Source: Longimicrobiales bacterium (GTDB lineage Bacteria; Gemmatimonadota; Gemmatimonadetes; Longimicrobiales; Gaopeijiaceae). Taken from it: 64,000 nucleotides of DNA. How positions within the stretch are numbered: position 1 is the first letter of the stretch; every line of letters starts with the position of its first letter. The stretch is taken from contig CBDAON010000004.1 of assembly GCA_965198065.1 (NCBI GenBank), positions 2,656,001-2,720,000 on the forward strand. Direction: 5' to 3'. The notes under the pieces are model-generated. The model was given only the letters and a program-made list of their open reading frames with translations. It was not told where the DNA came from and did no database searches. This document shows positions 56,114 to 64,000 of the stretch, in pieces. A program made the translations under genes and the position numbers.

Positions 56114-56190
56114 GCCCCTGTAGCTCAAGTGGATAGAGCAACCGATTTCCGACCGGTAGGCTGCGGGTTCGGGTCACCCGCCGAGGGGCA
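56114..56190 (+). tRNA. Atypical tRNA-like gene 1 (Arg-like body, UCC in anticodon position)
   Basis: GCCCCTG..TAGCTCAAGTGGATAGAGC D-arm; ACCGA-TTTCCGA-CCGGT; GCGGG-9 nt loop-CCCGC; 3' strand CGAGGGGC-A. Confidence 0.7.
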
Positions 56191-56220
56191 CACCCCTTTC
56201 AGAGCAAAGTGGAAAGACAC

Positions 56221-56289
56221 GGGCCGCGAGCCGGGTCCAGGATGGCCTCTAAAACCATATCCTGCGGGGTTCGACTCCCCGGCGGTCCA
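56221..56289 (+). tRNA. Atypical D-armless tRNA-like gene 2 with CUA anticodon and Ala identity
   Basis: Acceptor GGGCCGC/GCGGTCC plus A73; T-arm CGGGG-TTCGACT-CCCCG; loop CTCTAAA. Confidence 0.7.
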
Positions 56290-56386
56290 TGCCTCCCCAC
56301 CCTGGAAGCTATAACAGGCGATGTCGCACGTGTCAAGCTCGTAAGTCCTGCCTGGCGTGGTAGCTACAGCCAGCGTCTCCGGTTTT

Positions 56387-56896
56387 CTAGCACTGCCCGC
56401 TCGTGTCCGGATTGAACAGTTCCCAGTGCATCGAGCCGGTGTATATGGGTCCGACCACCGCCAGCAAGTCACCCCTTACAGGTTTCCGCAACCCTTCAAG
56501 TTCGCGGCCGGGAGCGTGTAGAGACTGGGTCCGCGTGATGGTACGCGCTCCGTAGGACCGGTCCACCTGTTGATCTCGGAAGAACAACTCGGCTTCGTTG
56601 CCGGAAACATTCGGGTCAATCATCGTCAGTGTTTGCAACCCCGGGTCCCACTCCCACCGGAACGTGATCGCGGTTCGGCAACCACCGTCGCGGGCAACGC
56701 CATCTCCGTCCGGGTAGACCCAGACTAGGTACAAACCATTGTCACGGGTACCTTCCCGCTTTGTCCAGTCCCAGACACCCACAGGAGATAATGGCTCAAC
56801 AACCTCCTCCGGATCCGGACCCTGGCTGGCGGCTTGCATGGGAAACGTACAGAAGCAATAGAGAAGCAATGCAAGACCGATTCGTTCTCTGTACAT
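56387..56896 (-). CDS. Secreted hypothetical passenger protein of the IS1595 element
   Basis: ATG after GAGGGAGGGGG; signal-peptide-like N-terminus. Confidence 0.65.
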   Translation of the reverse strand: MYRERIGLALLLYCFCTFPMQAASQGPDPEEVVEPLSPVGVWDWTKREGTRDNGLYLVWVYPDGDGVARDGGCRTAITFRWEWDPGLQTLTMIDPNVSGNEAELFFRDQQVDRSYGARTITRTQSLHAPGRELEGLRKPVRGDLLAVVGPIYTGSMHWELFNPDTSGQC

Positions 56897-56960
56897 GGTT
56901 CCAACCCCCCTCCCTCGTGACGGTTGCGGTCCCGGCTGCCCGCAATGGCGCCGGGCCATT

Positions 56961-57090
56961 GCAAACAGTCTCTCGGAGAGAGGAAAGTCCCCGCCTATTT
57001 GCCCAGGCGCGGGGAGCTACCCCGGCCAAGCATTCAGGCTGTTGTATTCAGCGGGTAACCCGACTTCAGGGTCCCCGAAAAACTGTTTGC
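56961..57090 (-). ncRNA. Predicted 130-nt structured RNA / leader (three-way junction)
   Basis: 19-bp closing stem with three G.U pairs on the minus strand; starts just after TTGACA-17-TATCGT formed with the right IR. Confidence 0.65.
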
Positions 57091-57243
57091 GTGGGAAACG
57101 ATACAGCGGGATGGCTACGGTGTCAAGTTAAGGTTATAATCCCCGGAAAGATTCCCATCCGGCGAGACAACTCGCGAAGCGAGCGCAGGATCCACACCAC
57201 CACCGCACCGAAAGGGCGTCAGCATGCCGTAACCTGTGCCGTA

Positions 57244-57462
57244 ATTGTGCCGTAACTCTCGGGAACAGGGTAGTAAGGATGGCACAAGGGCAGGGAAGAG
57301 GACCCCGAGGATTATGGCTCAACCGTACCATCTAGTACACAACGGTACCACGTTGCTAGTACGGCGTTGACGGACTGCAAATCCTCTGTCCCCGGTTCCG
57401 AATCCGGGCGGCGCCTCTTGGGTTGAACAGCAATACTACGATGACTTATGCAAACGGCAGAG
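57244..57462 (+). repeat. att-like repeat 2 containing the 3' half of tRNA-Cys(GCA) (57372-57417)
   Basis: Homologous to 51499-51716; preceded by tandem TGTGCCGTAA motifs. Confidence 0.85.
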
Positions 57463-57514
57463 GGCCGTCCAGGCTCCTCTGCTGAGTCGTTTTGTGCTGC
57501 TTGTTGCGAGCGCC

Positions 57515-58951
57515 GAGTAATCCCAAAGTTAGTTGAAACTGGAGCGGCCTCCGTCTCAGGCGACAGCATGTGAACGGCTCTCGGGAAGGGTGATCCCGAG
57601 GTCCTTCTGGATCGCGGCCCTGAGGAGCGGGAGGTGTCGGTACCCGAGCAACCTCCGGAGCCGTGACTAGATCTCCAGGAGCGTGGTCGCGAGCCATCGG
57701 TGCTTCTGGCTCGAGTTCTTCCAGTGGTCCACGCGTCCGCACCTCTGCTCGGCCAGGGCGTTCACGGACTCGAGCACGTTGGTGGTCTTGAGCGACTGGC
57801 CGACCAGGGGGAAGACTCCCAACCGGTGGAGGGTGAGGGTCTCCTCGAACCCCTCATCGAGACTGGCCGCCGCGGACTGGTTCACCCCCGCGAGCTCCTG
57901 GCGCAGGGCCTTGAGGTCCTTGACGGCCTCTTCGTACGTGGGCCGCTGGTAGGCGCGCTGCAGACGCTGGCGCCAGCCCTTCTGCTCCGCTCTCGGCAGA
58001 TACGAGATCACGTTCTTCCGCTTGTGCCACTGGCACCGCTGGATGAGCACCTGTCCCTTGAAGACCGCCAGGACGCCGCTCCGGAGACCGCGGGCTCCAT
58101 CGATCACCACGAGCGCTCCGGCCGACAGGTCGAGACCTCGGTCCTTCAGACTCCGAAGGAAGGATCGGATCACCACGGCGTTCTCCGTGTCGGTCTGGAC
58201 GAACCCGAGGAAGACCTTGTCCCCCTTGGTCGTCACCCCGAGCGCGACGACCATCTCGTCCTCGGCAAAGCTCTTGCCGTCCAGGACGAGTGCCACCCCA
58301 CGTCGTAACCCGAGAGGTCCCGCTCCTGAAACTCCTTCAGCTTCGCGGCCGTGGCCTTCTTGAACTCCCGCGAGACCGTCGACTTCGACAGCCCGATGGC
58401 TCCAGGCACCGCCTCGACCGCTGCCTCGTAGTCCCGGCACGAGATCCCGAGCAGCACCTTCCGAAACAGCCCCTCGTCCATCTCGCCGGGCGAGCCATGC
58501 AGCTGCTCATACGCCGCCAGCCTCGACTCTCCGGCCGGGCCTCGCACACCCAGGGTCGGTGCGGTTGGGCGGCCAGCGGCATCCGGTGCGAGTACCGCGG
58601 GTTATGCCCATGCCGGTAATGTCGATCGTCCTCGGTCTTCCTGGCGTGACGTGTTGCCCCGCCAGTTGCTCCACTTCCTCCTCGAGCATCCGGCCCACCT
58701 CCGCCAGTCCCAGCGGAATCAGCTGCCGGATCAGCTCCACCCGAGGGTCCAGCTCCAGCGCCTCGATCTCCTCCCAACTCACCTCCCTCGGTTCCCCGAG
58801 CCGCCGGTCCTTCTTGCCCCGCTCGACGAGCCTTGGCATCCTTCCCATCGGTGGCCCTCCTTCCTCTCTTGTGATCCCGTGGTGTGGTCGCACACCCACG
58901 TTACCTGAGGTTGGAGGCCGCTTCAATTTCAACTAAAGATGGGACTCACTC
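57515..58951 (-). mobile_element. IS256-family element, full length, transposase multiply frameshifted
   Basis: Imperfect IRs GAGT(A)ATCCCAAAGTTAGTTGAAA / GAGTGAGTCCCATCTTTAGTTGAAA; 8-bp TSD CGAGCGCC; LDG, IDG, QRCQWHK, TTN..ES. Confidence 0.93.
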
Positions 58952-58993
58952 CGAGCGCCGGGTGGGTGCGGCCAAGTCGGGCGCAGTATGGCA

Positions 58994-59296
58994 TCACTCC
59001 TCCCCCTCCTCCTCCACCTCCGATCTCACGCCGCCCTCACCCGCTCGCCGACCTCGCGTCATGCGCGCGAGCTGTCTCCGACTGATCGGCACCGCTCCAT
59101 GCTTGATGGCGAGTGCCCGCTTGCTTAGGCTGATATCGTAGTGTTCACGGGGCGTATCCGGTTGCTGCACCCAGCGCCGAGCCACTCCGATCTGGTCGGC
59201 CATTGCGTGCAACTCCTCGCTGGTGTCGGCGATCATGTGGCACATGAGCACACCGTATAAAGGGGCGTGTGCGTCATCGACGTAGACCCCCATCAT
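58994..59296 (-). CDS. DUF4031-family protein
   Basis: VYVDD...CHMIADTSEELHAMA..IG..RRW.Q...HYDI. Confidence 0.8.
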   Translation of the reverse strand: MMGVYVDDAHAPLYGVLMCHMIADTSEELHAMADQIGVARRWVQQPDTPREHYDISLSKRALAIKHGAVPISRRQLARMTRGRRAGEGGVRSEVEEEGEE

Positions 59297-59478
59297 TCCC
59301 TGTCCTTCTTCTCGCCTTCGAGGGGCGGTACTGGCATCCAGTAGAGGGGGTCGTGGGCAGTCAGGACCGCGGGGGGAGGCGTAGGCTCCGAGGAAGTTCC
59401 TCGGACCCGTTCCACGTAAACCCAATCTGCCTTCCTTGGTTCTTGAGTCCTGCGTTTTCCACACCCAACGACTAAAGC

Positions 59479-60075
59479 TCAATCGCTGAAGTAGGGGTTC
59501 TCGCCAGCGTCGTGATCAGTGACGTCGTGGATCTCAGTCACCTCGGGGACGTGTTGCCGGATCATGCGCTCCACCCCCTGCCGGAGCGTCATTCTCGACG
59601 CTGCGCAGCCCTGGCAGCCTCCCGTCATCTCCATGAACACCTCGGTTCCCTTGACGTCCACGAGGTTGATCTGCCCGCCGTGGGACGCGATAGATGGATT
59701 CACCTGTTTGTCGAGGATCAACTGGACTTTTTCGGCCAGCGCACCTTTCGGCACGCTGTTGCTAAGGGAAGCAGTGGGCAGAGACGCAGCGGCGGGGATG
59801 ATCTCGAAGCCCGATTCGTTTACTCGAGTCGCGAAGTCCACCGTCGCTCCTTCGAGCTTGTCGGCAATGCCCGGATCGACGACGACCATGAAGCCTCCCG
59901 CATCGAGCTCGACGTCCTCCTCGCCGCGGTCCGAGTCCCCCACAAGTGTCATCTCAAAAGAGGGAGCCACGGGGGAGCCTCCGGTCAGATGGATCTTGAG
60001 AGCGCGATGGTCTTCGCCGCTCTGGTCCATGAAGGTCAGCACCATCTCCCGGGCTTTATCGGTAAAGGTCAGCAT
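59479..60075 (-). CDS. nfuA: NfuA-like Fe-S carrier (degenerate A-type domain plus NifU domain)
   Basis: VNPSIASHGG, GGCQGC, TLRQGVE, DVTDH...NPYF. Confidence 0.92.
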   Translation of the reverse strand: MLTFTDKAREMVLTFMDQSGEDHRALKIHLTGGSPVAPSFEMTLVGDSDRGEEDVELDAGGFMVVVDPGIADKLEGATVDFATRVNESGFEIIPAAASLPTASLSNSVPKGALAEKVQLILDKQVNPSIASHGGQINLVDVKGTEVFMEMTGGCQGCAASRMTLRQGVERMIRQHVPEVTEIHDVTDHDAGENPYFSD

Positions 60076-60184
60076 CTGCAGACTCCCTTTGACCATTATC
60101 GGTGTCGATTAGTGTCAGGCGGTCCAGCGCCCACAAGGACGGCAAACGCAGCGGCGTTGATTCAGGGGAAGGGCGAAGTCGGAG

Positions 60185-61600
60185 TTACCCAACGGATCCC
60201 TCCATCTCGAGCTCGATCAGCCGGTTCAGCTCAACGGCATACTCGAGGGGGAGGAGCTTCGCGATCGGCTCGATGAACCCCCGCACGATCATGGCCATCG
60301 CCTCCTCCTCGGATATACCGCGGCTCTTCAAGTAGAAGAGCTGCTCCTCGCCGATCTTCGAGACCGAGGCCTCGTGCCCCACGTTCGACTGGTTCTCCTC
60401 GATCTCGATGTACGGATACGTGTCCGTCCGGGACGTCTCGTTGATGAGGAGCGCGTCGCACTCGACGTTCGAGCGGGCGTTGACCGACCCCTCGTGGACC
60501 TTGAGGAGCCCGCGGTAGGTGGCGCGGCCGTGCCCCTTCGAGATCGACTTGGACATGATCTGGGACGTCGTGTTCGAGGCCGCGTGGATCACCTTGCCGC
60601 CGGTGTCCTGATGCTGCCCGTCACCCGCGTACGCGATGGAGAGGACGGACCCGTGCGCACCCTCGCCGACCAGGTAGCAGCTCGGGTACTTCATCGTGAG
60701 CTTGGACCCTAGGTTTCCGTCCAGCCACTCCATGGTCGCGTTCTCGTGCACGAGCGCCCGCTGCGTCACGAGGTTGTACATGTTGTTTGACCAGTTCTGG
60801 ATGGTCGTGTACCGGAAGTGCGCGCCCGGCTTCACGATGATCTCGATGACCCCGGAGTGGAACGAGTCCGTGGAGTAGACCGGCGCCGTGCACCCCTCGA
60901 TGTAGTGTGCCTTCGAGCCCTCGTCCGCGATGATGAGCGTTCGCTCGAACTGGCCCATCTGCTCCTGGTTCACGCGGAAGTACGCCTGGAGCGGGGTGTC
61001 GAGCTCGACCCCCTTCGGGATGTAGACGAACGATCCGCCGGACCAGACGGCCGAGTTCATCGACGCGAACTTGTTGTCGGCCACCGGGATCACCGTAGCG
61101 AAGTGCTCACGGAAGAGCTCGGGGTGGTTCTTCAGCCCATCCTCGATCGAGTCGAAGATCACCCCCTTCTCGTCCCACTCCTTCTTCAGGGAGTGGTAGA
61201 TCATCTCGGACTCGTACTGGGCTCCGACGCCGGCCAGGACCTTCTGCTCCGCCTCGGGGATGCCGAGCTTCTCGAACGTCTCCTTGATGTTCACGGGCAC
61301 GTCGTCCCACGAGCGCTCCATCTTCTCCTGCGGGCGCACGTAGAAGTAGATCTGGTCCAGCACGTCGTTCAGCTTGGAGAGGTCGCCGCCCCACGTGGGC
61401 ATCGGCTTCGAGTTGTAGATCTCGAGCGCCTTCAGCCGGAGCGCGAGCATCCAGTCGGGCTCCCCCTTTTGCGCCGAGATCTCCCGGACCACGTTCTCGT
61501 TCAGGCCGCGGCCCGAGCGGAAGACCGGCTCGTCCTCCGTGATGAAGTGGTACTTGTACTGGTCGAGGTCGAGGTCCTGGACGATCGGAGTGTCTGGCAT
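60185..61600 (-). CDS. sufB: Fe-S cluster assembly protein SufB
   Basis: [46 protein letters not shown]. Confidence 0.97.
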   Translation of the reverse strand: MPDTPIVQDLDLDQYKYHFITEDEPVFRSGRGLNENVVREISAQKGEPDWMLALRLKALEIYNSKPMPTWGGDLSKLNDVLDQIYFYVRPQEKMERSWDDVPVNIKETFEKLGIPEAEQKVLAGVGAQYESEMIYHSLKKEWDEKGVIFDSIEDGLKNHPELFREHFATVIPVADNKFASMNSAVWSGGSFVYIPKGVELDTPLQAYFRVNQEQMGQFERTLIIADEGSKAHYIEGCTAPVYSTDSFHSGVIEIIVKPGAHFRYTTIQNWSNNMYNLVTQRALVHENATMEWLDGNLGSKLTMKYPSCYLVGEGAHGSVLSIAYAGDGQHQDTGGKVIHAASNTTSQIMSKSISKGHGRATYRGLLKVHEGSVNARSNVECDALLINETSRTDTYPYIEIEENQSNVGHEASVSKIGEEQLFYLKSRGISEEEAMAMIVRGFIEPIAKLLPLEYAVELNRLIELEMEGSVG

Positions 61601-61723
61601 GGTTGTCCCCCAGGTTACCGGTGCCCGGAACTGTTCGTAGCCCTCAAACTCCAGCTCCTCCGCTCATGGTGAACCGATGGACCAAGAGGGTCTGCGATTG
61701 ATCTGAGCCGCGTGGCCGAGGAA

Positions 61724-62056
61724 TCAAGCCGTGAACGAACTGCCACACCCGCAGCCACCGGTAGCTGCGGGGTTATTGAAAGCGAACCCAGCGCCCATCA
61801 TGTTGGTCACGTAGTCGATCTCCACGCCCTCCAAGTACTGGGCGCTAAACGGGTCCACGAAGACCCGGATCCCATGCGACAGATCGAGAATCTCATCCTC
61901 ATCCTCGGGGGCGTCCTCGATGTTCAGACCGTATTGGAATCCCGAGCAACCCCCGGGAAGGACCGCCACCCGAAGTCCCGCTTCCTCCCCGCCACCATGA
62001 TCGTCTAGGAAGGATTGAACCTTGGTCAGGGCGGTGTCTGTAAGCTGGATCTGCAT
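61724..62056 (-). CDS. HesB/IscA/SufA-type A-type Fe-S carrier
   Basis: GGCSGFQY and CGCGSSF. Confidence 0.95.
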   Translation of the reverse strand: MQIQLTDTALTKVQSFLDDHGGGEEAGLRVAVLPGGCSGFQYGLNIEDAPEDEDEILDLSHGIRVFVDPFSAQYLEGVEIDYVTNMMGAGFAFNNPAATGGCGCGSSFTA

Positions 62057-62165
62057 ATTTCCCGTACTCCCTCTCGATCGGCGTCCGAAACACAACCCCA
62101 ATGGCTAACCGAACCACAGCGGCTCATACTTGATCAGTCGGGGTCCTTCTCTCGCCGGGGCAGCA

Positions 62166-62414
62166 TTAGGCAGGCAGAGGTACGTTGAGGTGCTTGTAGT
62201 TCTTCTCGATGTACGGCGTCCACTCCTCGGGCACATCGACGTCCAGAAAAATCGCCTCCACTGGGCACTCGGGCTCGCACGCTCCGCAGTCGATGCACTC
62301 CTCAGGGTGGATGTAGTACTGGTCCTCTCCTTCGTAGATGCAATCCACAGGGCAGACGTTGACGCACGAGGCGTCCTTGGTTCCGATGCAGGGCTCGGCG
62401 ATGATGTACGTCAT
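62166..62414 (-). CDS. Ferredoxin (7Fe/FdxA-type)
   Basis: MTYIIAEPC...[10 protein letters not shown]...[12 protein letters not shown]. Confidence 0.95.
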   Translation of the reverse strand: MTYIIAEPCIGTKDASCVNVCPVDCIYEGEDQYYIHPEECIDCGACEPECPVEAIFLDVDVPEEWTPYIEKNYKHLNVPLPA

Positions 62415-62464
62415 AGGCGAGCTTCGCTCGGCTACCCAATGAGGATCCCAGATCGCGACCAAAT

Positions 62465-62533
62465 TAGTATTGTTACGAAACAAACCTACCTTGGAGAGTT
62501 TCAGGTTGTCAAGGTAGTTTCGTGTCGCTATCA
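62465..62533. promoter_or_regulatory. Divergent promoter region with two imperfect palindromic operator-like sites
   Basis: TAGTATTGT-T-ACGAAACAA (62465-62483) and TAGTTTCGT-G-TCGCTATCA (62515-62533); also CTACCTTG/CAAGGTAG inverted pair. Confidence 0.55.
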
Positions 62534-62542
62534 TTGGCGTCT

Positions 62543-63124
62543 ATGAAGAGCAGTGCTGCACGTGAATGCCAGCCGAGAGAGCTCCTGGAGCAGCTCGCAT
62601 ACGTCGTGGCTGGCGCTGGGCATCGACATGGGCTCACGGCAGCTCAAGGGACGGCGCTGAGGTTTTTCGGACGAGCCAATCGCTTTTCGAGAACGGTCTC
62701 TAGCTTCGCTAAATTTCACGCGACGACGATGGGTACCGCCTCACAGACGGTCAGACGTCTGGTTGACCGCGGATTGCTGCGAAAAAACCCTTCCGCTACC
62801 GACGGCAGAAGCTACCGGATCGACTTGACCGATGCGGGAAGGGAGGCGCTCGTGGATGATCCGCTGAGCGACCTTTTGGGCTCGCTCCGCTCCCTTGCGC
62901 CTGGCACCCGCGCCCGATTCGTAGACACTCTGAGGCGGCTGCTCGCTGATCTTGCCGATTTGCACGGCAGACCCACGTTCGACACGTGCCACGAATGCAC
63001 CTACCTCGATTGCGATCGGCGCGACGCGGATGATGGTTTCGGCTGCTGGTGCAGCCTATTTGACGAGCCGCTCGACACCGCTGATCTCGACGAGCTCTGT
63101 GTGAACCATGCGCCAGCCAGATAG
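62543..63124 (+). CDS. MarR-family regulator with Cys-rich C-terminal extension
   Basis: GLTAAQ..AL, wHTH TASQTVRRLVDRGLL, DGRS..I.LT..G; CHEC..LDC...CWC...C. Confidence 0.88.
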   Translation: MKSSAARECQPRELLEQLAYVVAGAGHRHGLTAAQGTALRFFGRANRFSRTVSSFAKFHATTMGTASQTVRRLVDRGLLRKNPSATDGRSYRIDLTDAGREALVDDPLSDLLGSLRSLAPGTRARFVDTLRRLLADLADLHGRPTFDTCHECTYLDCDRRDADDGFGCWCSLFDEPLDTADLDELCVNHAPAR

Positions 63125-63397
63125 TCGGACCACGGGTTGGCGTATGCAGCGCGACTGCAGGGCCGCGCGTTGTCTGCGATGATCCGAGCGTCGTTCCCGG
63201 AGCAGTATCGAAAGAGTTGCTCGAGAGGAGGAAGGCCGACTACGCGGAGGACTTGAGGCTATACCGCTCCCGCGGCGACGAACTGGGAGCGGTGTGCTTT
63301 AGGTGCTTTTGGCGTTGGTACTCCGTCGTCAGGAAAGCGGTCGTCGGCAGGGCGGGTCTGTGGCCGAGTTCGTCGGCACAGCGCGAGCAGTAATAAG

Positions 63398-63610
63398 TCA
63401 CCTTTCCCCCGCCGCCCTCCGGAGCTTTGCCGCCAGCGCCTTCAGCTCTCCCCTGCGGCTCTCGAGCGCGTCCGCGAGGCGGCTGAGGTTCTCAGGGGTG
63501 GGGCTTCGCCTGCCAACCTTCCAGGCGTTGAGGCTATCGACGGAGACGCCGGCCGCCGCCGCGATCTCCTCTATGCTCCACGTCGCTCCATCGAGGGCCT
63601 GCTCGATCAT
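63398..63610 (-). CDS. XRE-family HTH protein
   Basis: SIEEIAAAAGVSVDSLNAWKVGRRSP. Confidence 0.75.
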   Translation of the reverse strand: MIEQALDGATWSIEEIAAAAGVSVDSLNAWKVGRRSPTPENLSRLADALESRRGELKALAAKLRRAAGER

Positions 63611-63850
63611 CTTCCGGGTCCGCTCGATCACGAGGGCTTACTCTCCCCGGAAATGTGGATGTACGGGATTCGCTTGAGGATGAGTTTCCCTCCACATCTC
63701 TCGGAGAGCCTCCATCCACCTGCTGTACCCGTCGCCAATCGGGTGACCTCCACAATAACTTACGCAAATGGCGTAGGAGCCTACCAGGCCCTCCGCCGCT
63801 CAGTCGGGGATGACCTGCTTCAGCTCCTCGAAGAAGTTCTGGAGAGTCCC

Positions 63851-64000
63851 TCAGTCCAAGGCTCCGTAGCAGACGGTGCCAGGACTCTCGCCCGACTGCC
63901 ACCAAGTCACATGTGTCCTTCCACTGTCGTCCACCACGATCTCTGTCTGTTGTGCGAAAACCGCGCCTTGTGGGGCCTCGAAGCTGGCGACGGTCTCGGT
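63851..64000 (-). CDS. 3' end of a hypothetical gene entering from the right edge
   Basis: Open frame ...EIVVDDSGRTHVTWWQ...GALD*. Confidence 0.4.
   Translation of the reverse strand, partial: TETVASFEAPQGAVFAQQTEIVVDDSGRTHVTWWQSGESPGTVCYGALD

Larger units (their letters stand above)
54785..57144 (+). mobile_element. IS1595-family transporter IS with passenger RNAs and ORF, 2360 bp
   Basis: Perfect 24-bp IR GGGGATTATAACCTTAACTTGACA; 8-bp TSD GGAAAGAT (54777-54784 and 57145-57152). Confidence 0.95.

Noticed and set aside
56221..56289. Canonical pyrrolysine tRNA (CUA anticodon)
   Set aside because: It has a standard TTCGA T-loop, A73 and no D stem, unlike tRNA-Pyl, and no pyl genes are in the window.
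56980..56990. GAGGAAAGTCC, the RNase P RNA signature
   Set aside because: The rest of rnpB, including its 3' conserved region, is absent, and G.U pairing favours the opposite strand.
57515..58951. Programmed frameshifting in the IS256 transposase
   Set aside because: There are several scattered indels with no slippery motif; decay or sequencing error is more likely.

Overview
High-GC bacterial chromosome segment; the gene set and protein style suggest a Gemmatimonadota/Acidobacteriota-like organism (inference). 1-17 kb is core genome: a fused bioD-bioA, bioF, an internally shortened recQ, rng/rne-rplU-rpmA, a lytic transglycosylase, chorismate mutase, nfeD-floA, acnA, YciI and an NHL-repeat protein. 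About 17-47.5 kb is a heavily IS-fragmented accessory region. It holds five IS3-family lineages, IS256 remnants, an intact IS110 with a readable bridge RNA, tRNA-Leu(CAA), integrase remnants, a TonB-dependent receptor and broken cargo (TOPRIM+beta-propeller, CBS-HEPN, Sel1, autotransporter). 48.6-51.4 kb carries an MFS transporter and an acyltransferase. Two att-like repeats with tRNA-Cys 3' halves (51.5 and 57.3 kb) bracket a cytochrome-c/Cu-monooxygenase gene pair and a 2.36-kb IS1595-family element (perfect 24-bp IRs, 8-bp TSD). That element carries RNA cargo: two tRNA-like genes and a 130-nt structured RNA. One tRNA-like gene lacks a D-arm, has alanine identity elements (G3.U70, A73) and has a CUA amber anticodon. 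An IS256 and a Fe-S biogenesis cluster (nfuA, sufB, iscA-like, ferredoxin, Cys-rich MarR) close the window. Top leads: the tRNA-carrying IS1595, its possible link to an amber stop shared by all four orfB-bearing copies of one IS3 element, and the IS110 bridge RNA. All calls are by eye; no database searches were run, and some frameshifts may be sequencing errors.
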